Shown: piece after piece, positions 24,910 through 36,520 of the stretch
Numbering within the stretch: position 1 is the first letter of the stretch
How the letters are laid out: each line of letters starts with the position of its first letter
From: Lama glama
Lineage: Eukaryota
Reading direction: 5' to 3'
DNA: 64,000 nucleotides
Assembly: GCA_028534125.1 (NCBI GenBank)
Contig: CM052816.1
Span: forward strand, 78,618,001 to 78,682,000
The notes under the pieces: generated by a model
Databases searched by the model: none
What the model was told of the DNA's origin: nothing
The model's input: only the letters and a program-made list of their open reading frames with translations
Position numbers and translations under genes: made by a program

Positions 24910-25858
24910 TATATTAGTTGTCACTGTAACAAATTAACCCAAATTTAGTGGTTGTAGTAGGCACAATAATGGCCACCCAAAGATTGAGTCCTAATTCTGG
25001 AATCTGTGAATGTTACCTTATAAGGAAAAAGGATCTTTGCACCTGTGATGTAGTTAAAGATCCTGAGCTGGGTTGATCATCCTGTGTTATCTGGGTGGGC
25101 CCTAAATGCAATCGCAAATGCCTTCATAAGAGAGAGGCAGAGGGAGATTTGATAGACGGGAGAGAAGACACACACAGAGAAGATGATGTGAAGGTGAAAG
25201 GAGAAACTGGAGTGATGGGACAACCAGTTTAAAAAATATCAGCAGCCACCAGAAGCTTAAAGAGGCAAGGGCTGGATTCCTCCCTAGAGCCTCCAAAGGG
25301 AGGGCAGCCCTGCCAACACCAAAATTTCTGGCCTCCAGAATGGTAGGAGAATAAATTTTTGTTTTAAGCAGCCAAGTAATTTGTTATAGTAGCCATAGGA
25401 AACTGATATTGTGGCTTAAAACAATGCAATGTGTTTTCTTTTTATAGTTCTGGAGGTCAGAATTCCCAAATCAATTTCACTGGGCTAAAGTCAAAGTGTT
25501 GGCAGAGGACTGGTTCCTTCAGGAAGCTCTGAGAAGAGAATCCTTTTCCTTGTCTTTTTTGGCTTCTGGTGGCGGTGGCCCTTGGCTTTTGGCCCCTCCT
25601 TCCTCCTTCAATGAGCATCACTCCAATCTCTGCTTTCATCATCCCATTGCCCCTTCCTCTGACTCTGACTCCTCTTACATTCTTCTTATAAAAAATGTGG
25701 TGATTACATTGGGGCCACTCAGGTAGACTATGGTTATCTCCCCATCTGAAGATTCTTAACCACATATGCAAAGCCCCTTTTGCCATGTAAGGTAACATTC
25801 ACGGGTTCTGGAGATTAGGTTGTGGAACTATTGAGGGGTCATAATTTAGCCTACCACA
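24910..25858 (-). mobile_element. MLT1 LTR (outer) inserted in ERV-L pol
   Basis: Termini tatattag...cctaccaca; near-TSD ctacc (24905-24909) / ctatc (25859-25863). Confidence 0.85.
24953..25410 (+). mobile_element. MLT1C/D-like LTR (inner) inserted in the outer MLT1
   Basis: tgtagtaggcacaataatggcc...atcctgtgttatctgggtgggccctaaatgcaatc...ggaaactgata; near-TSD gtggt / gtggc. Confidence 0.88.
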
Positions 25859-26419
25859 CTATCTGACCACCAGATTTCAAGTGACTATGCAACCTGATCC
25901 TCCCATCATGAGCTGAGGTGCTATCTGATCCACCAAACCCTAAATTTGTTTGCAGCTGCTCTCCATCCTCAAGGAAAAAGATCAGGCTCCAGCAGGTCCT
26001 GAAGACACCAGCATTTTTCACAAACATGTGGTTTGCGTTCTTAATATTCCTGCTCCTGATGCATTGCCACATCCCCCTCATCTAATAAGTTATGACAACT
26101 GCCTGGAGAATAAAAAAAAATTACAGAAAAGTTTTTAGAACTATTCTGCCTAATATGTTGATGCTTTCTGTAAGTGGACTGCCTCAGACTTATGGTGACA
26201 CTCAGGTGAACTAGGAAGGACAATGAGCAGATATATTCTTTCAGTGAGAAGAACTTTGAGCAGTACATGTGTTTGCCCTTTTCTTGGAAATGGACATGCC
26301 CCAATAAATCAATGTCAATTCATGCACAATGGCTACCCATTTGGCTGGATGGTTAGGGTCTTGGAAGGAACAAAAGTGAAAAAGTAGAGATGAGGAAGTC
26401 TGGAGAAGAGATATACGAT

Positions 26420-26915
26420 GGTGGGGTAGAATTTTATTTTCCAAAGATGGCCACACCAATATATCCTGGATTACATGTGCTCCTTACGATGTGACATCGA
26501 CACTCCTCCACTGAGAAACGAGATCTATGTTTCCTTTTCTTGAGTCTGGGCAGGTCATGGCAGAAGCTATGTCATATGACTTCTAAGGCTGTCATAAAAG
26601 GCAATACAGCTTTCTTCTTGTCCTCATGGGATGCTCACCTTTGGAACCCAGTGACCCAGGAAGCCACATGTGGATGTTCCAGCCTCGGCCCCAGCTGAAG
26701 ACTCAGCTGACAGAAGTATCAACGTCAAGATATGTGAGTGAGCAAGCCTTTTGAATAATCCAGCCCCCAGTCTTCAGATCACTCCAAGTAGCACTCAGTA
26801 GAAAAAAGATATGTTCTTCCTGTGAGACCTGCCTAAACAGTAGATTCATGAATAAAATAAACGTCTTCAGCTATTAAGTTTGGGACGATTTGTTATGGAG
26901 CAATAGATAATAGAT
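26420..26915 (+). mobile_element. MLT1G/H-like LTR inserted in the ERV-L RNase H region
   Basis: ttttccaaagatggccacacc start; ttgttatggagcaatagataa end; ERV-L pol similarity resumes at ~26920. Confidence 0.75.
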
Positions 26916-27639
26916 AACGTCTCAGAACTGGCTCAAAGTGTACAATTATTTATGCCCTTATGAATGTTAGCCAGAAGTCAGCCACTCAGATGAGGTTCTC
27001 AAAAATCCATTTGGACAAGTAGAACTGTTGGGGGTGTCAGTCAGACTCCTTATCCAGCCACCCTGTGCTTGTTCAGTGGGCTTGGGAACAGGTAGCCATG
27101 CTGTGAGGGGTGAACTTTGCCTCACCCGTGCTGATCTGCTGGGTACCTACTGCTAAGCCCTGCCACCGGCAAAGACCAGCAACAAACCAATGATATAGCA
27201 CCATAAACTAGTACCTGGAGGCTGGTTGATTACATGGGAAATCTTTCATCATAAGGAAGCAGAGACTGTCCTAATGGAATAGATATGTATTCTGGATATG
27301 GATTACCTTTCCTATCTGACATATTTCTACCACACTCTCTAAATGTCTTGTTCACGCAACTACTGACCAAAGAGCAAAAATGTGTGGAAAATAAGGTCTG
27401 TGATAAATTGATGTCTATGGCGATCACTGATTTTACCATCACCCAGAAGCAATCAGTCTTATAGAACAATCAAATGACTTATTGAAGACTCACTTATGGT
27501 GTCACTTGGAAAATAATGCTGTTAGGTTGGAATGCTTTCCAAAAGGATGGGATATAGACTCTGATCAAAAAGTCAGTAAGAGGACAAGATGGAATAATAG
27601 GAACCCGATTTATGCTCTCATCTGTAACAACAACAGCAA

Positions 27640-28275
27640 AAGCACAAAATATTTGAAAAAGCCATTTTGAAGACACAAGACACCAGGCAATAAAAGATAG
27701 TGATCCCTGAGACACAGGAAACAAATGAGGTAAGCCTTATGATTACCCTAGCTTACTGGCTAGAGAGAGTTTCTAGGCTGTAGTTCAGGAAGGAGAAACT
27801 CAGGTAGAGCCAGATGGAGTCCCTGAGTTAAGGAGAAGGAACTGAGGGTCCAGGGAGACTAAGGTCACAGAGTTCACATGACCGAGTACCGCATAGGAGA
27901 GGGCTGCACATATGAAAGAACCCAGGAGATCTTACAGAGGCCCCTCCTTTAGTATTCAGCACATCTCATGTGTGTGACAAAAATACCTTAGGCAAAGGAA
28001 AGGGTTAGAAGGAGTGCCCGGTGCCTGCACGGAGTTTGAAGTAGTGCCCACCAACCAGACTGGAAAGCCTCGTAATCCACAGGGCACTGGGTAGAGCACT
28101 TGGAAGACTCTTGCCTCAACAGTGAGAAATAATTAGCCCTGGACAAACCCTAGCTTAATAAATCCTAAAAGCAAAACTCAGAAGAATCTGAACGTGTTCA
28201 AGAAACTTACCTGTGTTGAAGAACAAAACTCAGGAATATTTATAGAAATCTAAAAATATCCAGCACCCAACAAGT
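27640..28275 (+). mobile_element. Old L1 5'-region fragment (L1M-type)
   Basis: gaaacaaatgaggtaagccttatgattacc...gagagagtttctaggc...aaaatatccagcacccaacaa resembles ancient L1M 5' sequence. Confidence 0.5.
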
Positions 28276-28284
28276 ATGCCTTCC

Positions 28285-28790
28285 CATTCTGCAGAGGCTA
28301 GAAACCTATAAATAGTATTTCTCAGATTCACTAACAGCTCGGGTCCCAAAGGTAAGGTTTTATTTGGCTTTTGTTTTGCACATTATTTTTGCCAACCAGA
28401 TAAAGTCTCATGTGACTTGGAAGGCAGAAGTAAAGCAGAGGCTTTTTTTTTTTTTTAATGCTGTAGTTGATGCTACAAGTACATATACTTTTTTTTTTCT
28501 TCCTGCAGCCACATTCCTTTATCCAGGTGGGAACTCTGTGGATATTGTAGCAGCAGTAGTGGCAGAGGCTTCCTGATTCATTTAGGGGAAATCCTTGAAG
28601 TTAGCAATTCCAGGGGCAGCTTCATAGTGGCAGAGGTAGCAGCTCCCCTTGCAGGTGAGAATAGCTCTATTATTCTGCAAATATGGCCTTAATACCATTC
28701 TTCCTGTCCTCCCAGCTCCTTGTATTATACCTCTTTCAGATTAAAACAGCTAGAATTATTTCTGTTTCTTGAAAATAAATCCTATTATAG
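28285..28790 (+). mobile_element. LTR33-like LTR, probably the 3' LTR of the upstream ERV-L remnant
   Basis: Shares ttggaaggcagaag and the cagctagaatt...tctgtttctt 3' block with the LTRs at 31215 and 37379. Confidence 0.6.
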
Positions 28791-28795
28791 GAATT

Positions 28796-29351
28796 TGTAT
28801 TAGTTATCTATTGCTTTGTAACAAATTTTCCCTCCCTCCAAATTTAGTGGCTTAAAATAATAAATATTTATTATCTTACAGTTTCTATGGGCCAGGAATT
28901 TTTGGGGCAGATTCACTTAGTGTTTCTGGCTCAAAGCCTCTTCTGTAGTTACAATCAGGATATCATCCAGGGCTGGAGGCATCTGAGGGCTAGACTAAGG
29001 TGGGAGAATCCACTTCCAAGGTGGCTCACTGACAACCTGACAGGAATCCTCAGTTTCTACCTGATATTGGCAGGAGACCTTACTTCTCCACTGCATGGCT
29101 CTCTTCATAGGGCTGCCTGCGTGTTTTAAAAATATAGCAGCTGGAAAATCCCCCCAAAGCAAGCAATCCAAGGGAGAAAACAAAGAGGAAGCTATTATCT
29201 CCTAAGTTGCATGCTATCACTTCTTCCTTCTTCTCTTTGTTAGATGTCAGTCTTTTAAGTCCAGCCCACACTCAAGGAGTGGGAATTTAGGCTTCACTCC
29301 TTGGAGGGAGATGAATCAAAGAATTTGTGGACGTATTTTTAAGCTGCCGCA
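28796..29351 (-). mobile_element. MLT1F/H-like LTR
   Basis: tgtattagttatctattgct...aatccacttccaaggtggctcact...gtccagcccacactcaagg...aaagaatttgtggac. Confidence 0.8.
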
Positions 29352-29850
29352 TAATCCTCCATAGATGTGAAAAATGTATTACTTTGCATAATTTTTATGC
29401 AATTTTCATATAATATCTACATTTGCAAAATATCTCTCATCATTAACAATAATTCCAATAACCCCGAATCAGGTTATCTCTTCCATTATGGCAACTGCTC
29501 ACATTTCTTTAATCTTTTTCTATCATCCTAATTTTTCTTCTTCAAAGGCACGTTTGCATGAAGGTCAATTTCCTCTCCTTATTCAAGCTAATGTAAAGAT
29601 AAGATTTGTCCCCATAGTCACTATAGATACCATAGTTTTTCATACTAAATAATTATCAGCAGCCACAGACCTACCTTTCTATGAGTGAAAAATAAAACTC
29701 TACAATTTTTTCATGGCAGGAGGCCCCACAAGTAATTAAAATATAGGTGTCAGGGTAAGGGAGTAAGAAGGGCTTGAATTATCTTACTGAATTCATTGAA
29801 GAAGTGAATCAGAACATGTAAGAATAATTTCAAATCATTACATAATTTTT

Positions 29851-29980
29851 TTTTGCCTCCCATCATTAGTATTTATTGAGCATTTACAGTGTACTAGGCA
29901 CAATAGAACATACAGAAAACATTGTCCCTGCTCTTGAGGAGCTTACATTCTAAAAGAAAAAAAAAATACACCCTTTTTTA
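29851..29980 (-). pseudogene. Polyadenylated mRNA-3'-end retrocopy fragment (L2-derived 3'UTR end; TPM3-like from recall, unverified)
   Basis: Minus strand reads ...AGAATGTAAGCTCCTCAAGAGCAGGGACAATG...GCTCAATAAATACTAATGATGGGAGGC then an A run. AATAAA lies 17 nt before the A run. It sits inside the same TSD pair as the adjacent SINE. Confidence 0.6.
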
Positions 29981-29984
29981 TTAG

Positions 29985-30141
29985 TATATTATTTATTTTT
30001 ATTTTGGCAGGAAGGGGAGGTAGCTAGGTTTGTTTGTTTATTTATTTATTTATTTATTTATTTAGAGGAGGTACTGGGGATTGAACCCAGGACCTCACAC
30101 ATGCAAAGCATGCACTCTACCACTGAGCTATATCCACCCCC
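29985..30141 (-). mobile_element. tRNA-Ala-derived SINE (Vic-1-like)
   Basis: Reverse complement GGGGGTGGATATAGCTCAGTGGTAGAGTGCATGCTTTGCATGTGTGAGGTCCTGGGTTCAATCCCCAGTAC followed by (AAAT)n. Confidence 0.92.
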
Positions 30142-30331
30142 TACATAATTTTTAAAGAAGTAGTAAAATTATTTTTAAAGGCATTCCCAAAAGAAAGAAA
30201 CATTTCCTCCCATTTACGAACAGTAACACCTAGCAAGATATTTCAGAATTATCTGGACAATGCAAAAGAAAAGTTCCAATGAAACTATAGGTATGTCATA
30301 AAAATGAAGATTGCATTAACTATTCATATTT

Positions 30332-30682
30332 GTTTTTTTTAACATTTTTTACTGATTTATAATCATTTTACAATGTTGTGTCAAATTCTAGTGCTCAGCA
30401 CAATTTTTCAGTCATTCATGGACATATACACACTCATTGTCACATTTTTTTCTCTGTGATTTATCATAACATTTTGTGTATATTTCCCTGTGCTATACAG
30501 TGTAATCTTGTTTATCTATTCTACAATTTTGAAATCCCAGTCTATCCCTTCCCACCCTCTACCTCCCTGGTAACCACAAGTCTGTATTCTCTGTCCATGA
30601 GTCTATTTCTGTCCTGTATTTATGCTTTGTTTTTGTTTGTTTGTTTTTGTTTGTTTTTTAGATTCCACATATGAGCGATCTC
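30332..30682 (-). mobile_element. Young lineage-specific L1 3' end running into a gap
   Basis: T-tract, then aacattttttactgatttataatcattttacaatg...ttccctgtgctatacag...tttagattccacatatgagcgatc. Confidence 0.88.
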
Positions 30683-31182
30683 NNNNNNNNNNNNNNNNNN
30701 NNNNNNNNNNNNNNNNNNNNNNNNNNNNNNNNNNNNNNNNNNNNNNNNNNNNNNNNNNNNNNNNNNNNNNNNNNNNNNNNNNNNNNNNNNNNNNNNNNNN
30801 NNNNNNNNNNNNNNNNNNNNNNNNNNNNNNNNNNNNNNNNNNNNNNNNNNNNNNNNNNNNNNNNNNNNNNNNNNNNNNNNNNNNNNNNNNNNNNNNNNNN
30901 NNNNNNNNNNNNNNNNNNNNNNNNNNNNNNNNNNNNNNNNNNNNNNNNNNNNNNNNNNNNNNNNNNNNNNNNNNNNNNNNNNNNNNNNNNNNNNNNNNNN
31001 NNNNNNNNNNNNNNNNNNNNNNNNNNNNNNNNNNNNNNNNNNNNNNNNNNNNNNNNNNNNNNNNNNNNNNNNNNNNNNNNNNNNNNNNNNNNNNNNNNNN
31101 NNNNNNNNNNNNNNNNNNNNNNNNNNNNNNNNNNNNNNNNNNNNNNNNNNNNNNNNNNNNNNNNNNNNNNNNNNNNNNNNNN
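30683..31182. other. Assembly gap (500 N)
   Basis: Run of exactly 500 N. Confidence 0.99.
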
Positions 31183-34100
31183 CAAGGTTAAGACAAGAAC
31201 TCAGTATTGGGGTTTGTGATGGGTTTGGTAGAGCTGTCCCCAGTGTCCACTCCACCTGCCTTCTGCTAAACCTTCCTGCCCTGTGGTGGCTGGAGAGCCA
31301 AACACACCATTTCTCAGACTCCCTTGCCCTCAGGGCTCCAGACGTGATTTAAGCCCAGCCGTCATGGCACACGGGGGTAAGGTTTGGAAGGCAGAAATGA
31401 GGCAGAGGCCATGCTCTCGCCGCTTCTGCTTTTTCTGTAAAAATCTGGTTTGAAGGCATTTGCATTTTCTACGGCAGCATTAGCAGAAGTTTGTGGGTGT
31501 CAAGAAGCAGGTCACCATGAACCCAACCTGCAGGTAAGGATTAGAGCTTGTCTGGTTTGGTGGGGAACCCGTTTCTGGTCTATGAGGGCTCCACACTGTG
31601 GTGGCTTCCTGACTGGCAATCACATTGTTTGAAAGGTGGCAGTTTCCCAATCTTGGGATAACCAAGAGCTTCCTTAGTGACCCAGTTCTAGTGTGTGGCC
31701 TAGGGAGCCAGTTTTGAAATCTCAACCTAAGTCTGTTTCCCTGGGTCTCCCAATGATTCGGTGGGCTTTTTAACGCCCTATAATAAATCCTCCCATGCTT
31801 CAACTTGCTAGAATGGCTTACGTTCTCTGCCATTAAACCCTGTCCATGACTATGATTAGAAGAATTAGTGCCACAGACTCTAAAGAAATTGGAAATCTGG
31901 ATTTGTTTTTTCTGACTTGATTAGGTTTGGAAGGAGCAACGATTAAATTAGCACTAGCATTTGGGATACTGGCAGTGCAGTTGGTCACTTGGAACAAAGT
32001 GCACAGTGAAGGCAAGGCTTTGGTGGACTGGTACCTACTGACCACTTTGGTGAGAATAAGGGATACAAGGGCTGTAGAACTGAGTGGCTGTTTTTGCCTA
32101 TATTAGAGAATTTACAGAAAAGAATCTGTTCAGGATTCTAAAGTTATTATTGTAAGCCATGATCAGAGGATCAAGAAGCTCCTATACATTTCTAAAAGAA
32201 CCATTTATTTCTTGTAGCTGCAGGACTGATACAGTCTAACATCAAATGCTGTCTGGTCCTGTGGGTTGATGATTAAAAGGTAATCTGAACTCACAGAGTC
32301 ACTAGGTCTCTTATGCAGAACTTTGAGTATTGGTTGGAAAAGAGTGAGGCCACGTGAAGTGGGACCACTTGGGTGGGTTCAATTGAACCTGAGGACCAGG
32401 ATCTCCCAAACTCCACTGAACTTCTGTTGCCAGCAGAAATATCTCCTCCTCTGTTGTTTGATAAGGACTGTTCAGCCCTACTTAGAGACTTCATAATGGC
32501 TTTATAATTCCCTGGCAAGGAGATGCCAGTCTTCCTTCCACCCCATTCCCACCACTCATTGTTCTAGATCTGTTACTAGAGGCGAATTCCAGCATATCCC
32601 CAGAAGGACAAGTATAATGTCTATCTTATGAGGCAAAAGTTTACATCCAGGAAATAGCAAAATTTTGCACCTTTATATCAGCAGAAATCTAGGGAATAGG
32701 TGTGGAAATGGATTATGAGACTTTAGACTAGAGAAGAAGAAACATAATTTTAAATCTGACTTACTTTATTGGTGTGGGTGCATTTTCTAAAGAGTTTGGA
32801 TTCATTGTTCTAGTTGGTGCAGCTGGGAATGGTTGTAACTCTTGATCTGACTGATTGACTGGAAATGGGACTCATTGGTGGCCTAGTGGAAGGAAACTGA
32901 GGTGTCAGAAGTCCATGGTGTTACATAGAGGGCGGGTCCAAACTCTTAAGAGAAAGGACTCTTAGAGGAGGTATTTCTTGTGTGACCCAGTAACCCAGGG
33001 AGGGGGCCAGAGAATGCTCTTTTCACCAAGGCATTGAGAGAGAGAAGTGTGATAAATACATCCTTGGAAAGCATTGCAGTGGGGTTCTCTTAAGTCAGGG
33101 GTGAAGGTGAGTGATGCTGCTTTTGAAATGACATTTTGATTGCAGTGGGTCTGTTGAGATCCTGCAGCGGCAGAGAACAAGTAGCAGTGCTTAAATGCCA
33201 GAAGCAAGGTGGAAACAGCTTCTGTCAGCAGAGCCAGAGTGGCAATCTGATCTTTGCGAGTAGGTCACTGATCATGTGGCTTCTAGGAATGGAGAGATGG
33301 GTGGTCTATCAGAATCCATTTGATATATAATCAAAAATACCATACACCTGGAAAGTCAAAGGCCTTCACATTTCCAGACCAGTTTATAAACCTAGAGCTA
33401 CTGAATAAAGGGGAAACCAGCACCCTGAGATCCCATCACGAAAATGTGCTGTAAATCTTCCTCCTAGCCTTCCATAAGAAAACCGGTAGCTATTTAATAA
33501 CTTCACTCTGCATGTGGAAAAGAGAACCACCCAAACTGGTGAGGGCTTATTGGTTCCAGCTTTCATTAACATTAATCCTTAAGACTCAGAATACTGCTGG
33601 GGTCCTCTGGACGGGATACATAGAATTTGGGTCTGAGTTTGCCTCTCCGTGGTCCCGTTGGGTTTGTGAAGCCCTCTTGTAATTATCTCCCTTACTCTTC
33701 AGTGCATAGTTGGAGGATACACTTCAGCAGCCAGAGAGTTGCCATGATGGTTTTGTGGAGTAAAAGCCATTAACTATGAAGGATCTAGTGGAAGCTAGGG
33801 TAATTCCTACATATCAAAATAGTAACTATATACCCCCTTTAAAAAAAAACTCACACTACTGCAGCCTTGAGGAAACCACAGAGATTAATGTCATCACTAA
33901 TCACTAAGAAGGCTTAACATAGGGCAGCGATGATGATTCTTCTCATATCTACATTTAACCCATCTATTTGGCCTGTACAAGAAAACTGTGGGTCTTGGAG
34001 AACAACAGTGGATTACTGTAAACTTAATCGGATGGTGCTTTCAATTATATTTGCTATTCCATGTGTCAAATTAATACAATTTCTAGCACCCGGAATGGAC

Positions 34101-34687
34101 CTAGACATTTAGCACTGTTTTTTTCTTTCTAGTTGGTACAGGACACTAGAATCAGTTGCCTTTTGCCTCGCAGAGAAAGCAGTATACTTCCCCTGTCTCA
34201 CCTCTGTGCTGTATCCACTCTCAGATGCTCAGTTGCCTTTTAGTTTTTAGGAATGTCAATCACCACACCACACCATGGAAAATCCTACTGGTCCACTCTG
34301 TTGATGACGTCATTCCATTGGGCCTGGTGAAAACGGAGCCGCGTGTGTTCTTGGTAAGACGCATGACACGACAGGATATTTAAAAGACTGAAAATAGAAG
34401 GGTCTGTCACTTCAGTAGCGCTTATGGGAGGCTAACGGTCTGGAGCCTTTGGGGATCTCCCAGCCAGAGTGAAAGATCAGTTGTTGTACCTTCTGCTCAA
34501 AAAGAGGCGCAAGTTTGGCAGCTTCCTTTTGGCTTTTGGAGACAGCATGTGCCACATTTGCATGTGCCGCATGGACTCATTTACTGAGTAACCTTGAGCT
34601 GCCAGCTTTGTGGGGGCCTGGAGTGTGAAAAGGGGTGCAGGCAGTGCTGCCATTTGGCCCTACTACCCAGCAGGTCTAGCGGTGACT

Positions 34688-35571
34688 TGTGGTGGAAGGA
34701 AACACCCAGCTCTTCCTGACTGCACGTTTCTTCCCTGTGGGTCTCCTTTCCTTTTATGCAGACACTTCAATTCTGACACTTCTGGGGGGTGCTTCCCCAC
34801 ACAGCCAATTCCCTGTGACACCAGCTGGGGTCCTATAATGAAGTCATTTCTTGAACTATCTACCCAGAGACGGCATCAGATCCCCACCGTTAGGGGTTCA
34901 GTCCAATAAGACTCCGCTCCCTCACTCCCTGCCGTGCCCTCCGCCACTTCAGACGCCAGTCGCTAGTCCAGGTTACCACCTGTGCTTCTGACCAACTGGC
35001 TGTAGATCAGAGGCTCCAACACCCCCTTCCTTGGGTTTGATTAATTTGCTAGAGCATCTCACAGAACTCAGGAAAACACTTACTTAACAATAACCAGTTT
35101 ATTAAAGGATATGATAAAGGATACAGATGAGCAGCCAGAGGGAGAGATTCATAGAGCGAGGTCTGCAAGGGTCCTCAGGAGTGGACCTTGGGGACATAAA
35201 CTTCTGCACTGGAGTTGGGGTGCGTCACCCTCTGTGTGTGTGTGTGTGTTCATCAACCTGGAGAGTCTGGAACTCTGTACTGTTGGGATTTTTGGAGGCA
35301 CAATCAATTAGTAACTCCATTTCCAGCCCCTCTCCCCATGTTGGAGAAGTATCAAGGGGGAGTATGCTAAAAACTCCAGGCTTCTAGTCATGGCTTGGTC
35401 TTTCTGGTGACCAGCTCCCATCCAGGAGCCATCAGAAGCCCTCCCAGAGTTGCCTCATTAGAACAGAAGATACTCCTAGTGTTCTTATCACTTAGGAAAT
35501 TACAAGGGTTTTAGGAGCTGTTCCAGGAACCCAGAACAGAGACCAATATATATATTTTCTACTATCTCACA
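34688..35571 (-). mobile_element. MER21-like solo LTR inserted in ERV-L pol
   Basis: TG...CA termini; exact 5-bp TSD TGACT (34683-34687 and 35572-35576); MER21-type text gacaccagctgggg...ccacttcagacgccagtcgc. Confidence 0.88.
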
Positions 35572-36399
35572 TGACTGGAGTGTCTTTATCAGATGAGGAT
35601 GGTGCATGGAGCCTCACAAGAGTAATACAGTACACATCCCTAGCGTTTGGAGCAAAGCCATCCTCTATTTGCCAGTTGATTACTCTCCCTTTGAGAAATA
35701 GGTCTGGCTTGCTTCTCAGGTCAAATGACCATGTGACCTGAGCTGTCCTTCATGGGCTGGGTGTCATCTGATTAAAAGCTATGGGAATGGGTCTTCTCAT
35801 TCTTCATTCTTCAACCCTTTGTTATTAAGTGGTCTTGAAGGATGATTACACTGCATGAGCAAAGGGTTCACACTGCCAGGGCGTCACCTCCTGCTGCATT
35901 ACCCTCTCTCTCCATCAATACCTGTAGATTCTTGGTGGGGGGCTGAGAGGGGGAAAGAACAAGTTACCTGAGAAAGAAAAAAAGTCAAGCCTTGTTTATG
36001 GATGCAGCCATATGAAGTGCTTGAATCAGCTGAAAATCAACTTCTGTAGCATTACAGCTCCACTCAACAGTGACCTTGAAAGACAGTAGGGAAAGGCAAC
36101 CTCTGCATGGGAAGGACTTGTCATTGTTGTTTAAAATAAAGATGTTCAGATGTTCAGGTCTCACTAGCCATGGCTAATGGGCACTGGATTAGCTGGATGG
36201 TCAGAAATTTGGAAGAAAAAAGATTAGAGAACTGGTGTCAAGGACTGGGGGAGAGAGATGTGAATGGAACCCTTAGGATGAACACAAAGTAGGATACATG
36301 AGACCCACACATTTGTTCAAAATAGGGCATATTTTGGAGAGAAGTTGCTGAAAAATAAATTGATCTATTTTATGGATGTCTGTAAGCCTTTTTCCCCAG

Positions 36400-36520
36400 T
36401 TTGACGCATTGTTTCCTTATGATTAGATTCAGGTCATGCATTTTTGGCAGGAATACCACATAAGTAATATTACATCCTTCTCAATTGAAACATCAGGAGG
36501 CATGTGATTCTGATTTGTTC
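36400..36520 (-). mobile_element. Short old L1 3' fragment inside the provirus
   Basis: tgattagattcaggtcatgcatttttggcaggaataccaca. Confidence 0.55.

Larger units (their letters stand above)
24480..27600 (+). mobile_element. Degenerate ERV-L pol (RT end, RNase H, integrase) split by nested MLT1 LTRs
   Basis: Manual translation gives TSVKFLGVQW (24541-24570), PEKQLFACCCALVET (24854-24898), an RNase H W-rich block at ~26330-26410, and integrase LVDYMG (27222-27239) and GIDMYSGYG (from 27276). These are collinear with HERV-L/MuERV-L Pol as recalled; many stops and frameshifts. Confidence 0.88.

Noticed and set aside
33930..34383. Functional or domesticated reverse transcriptase
   Set aside because: Fragmented by stops and frameshifts; the catalytic motif has decayed to SVDD.
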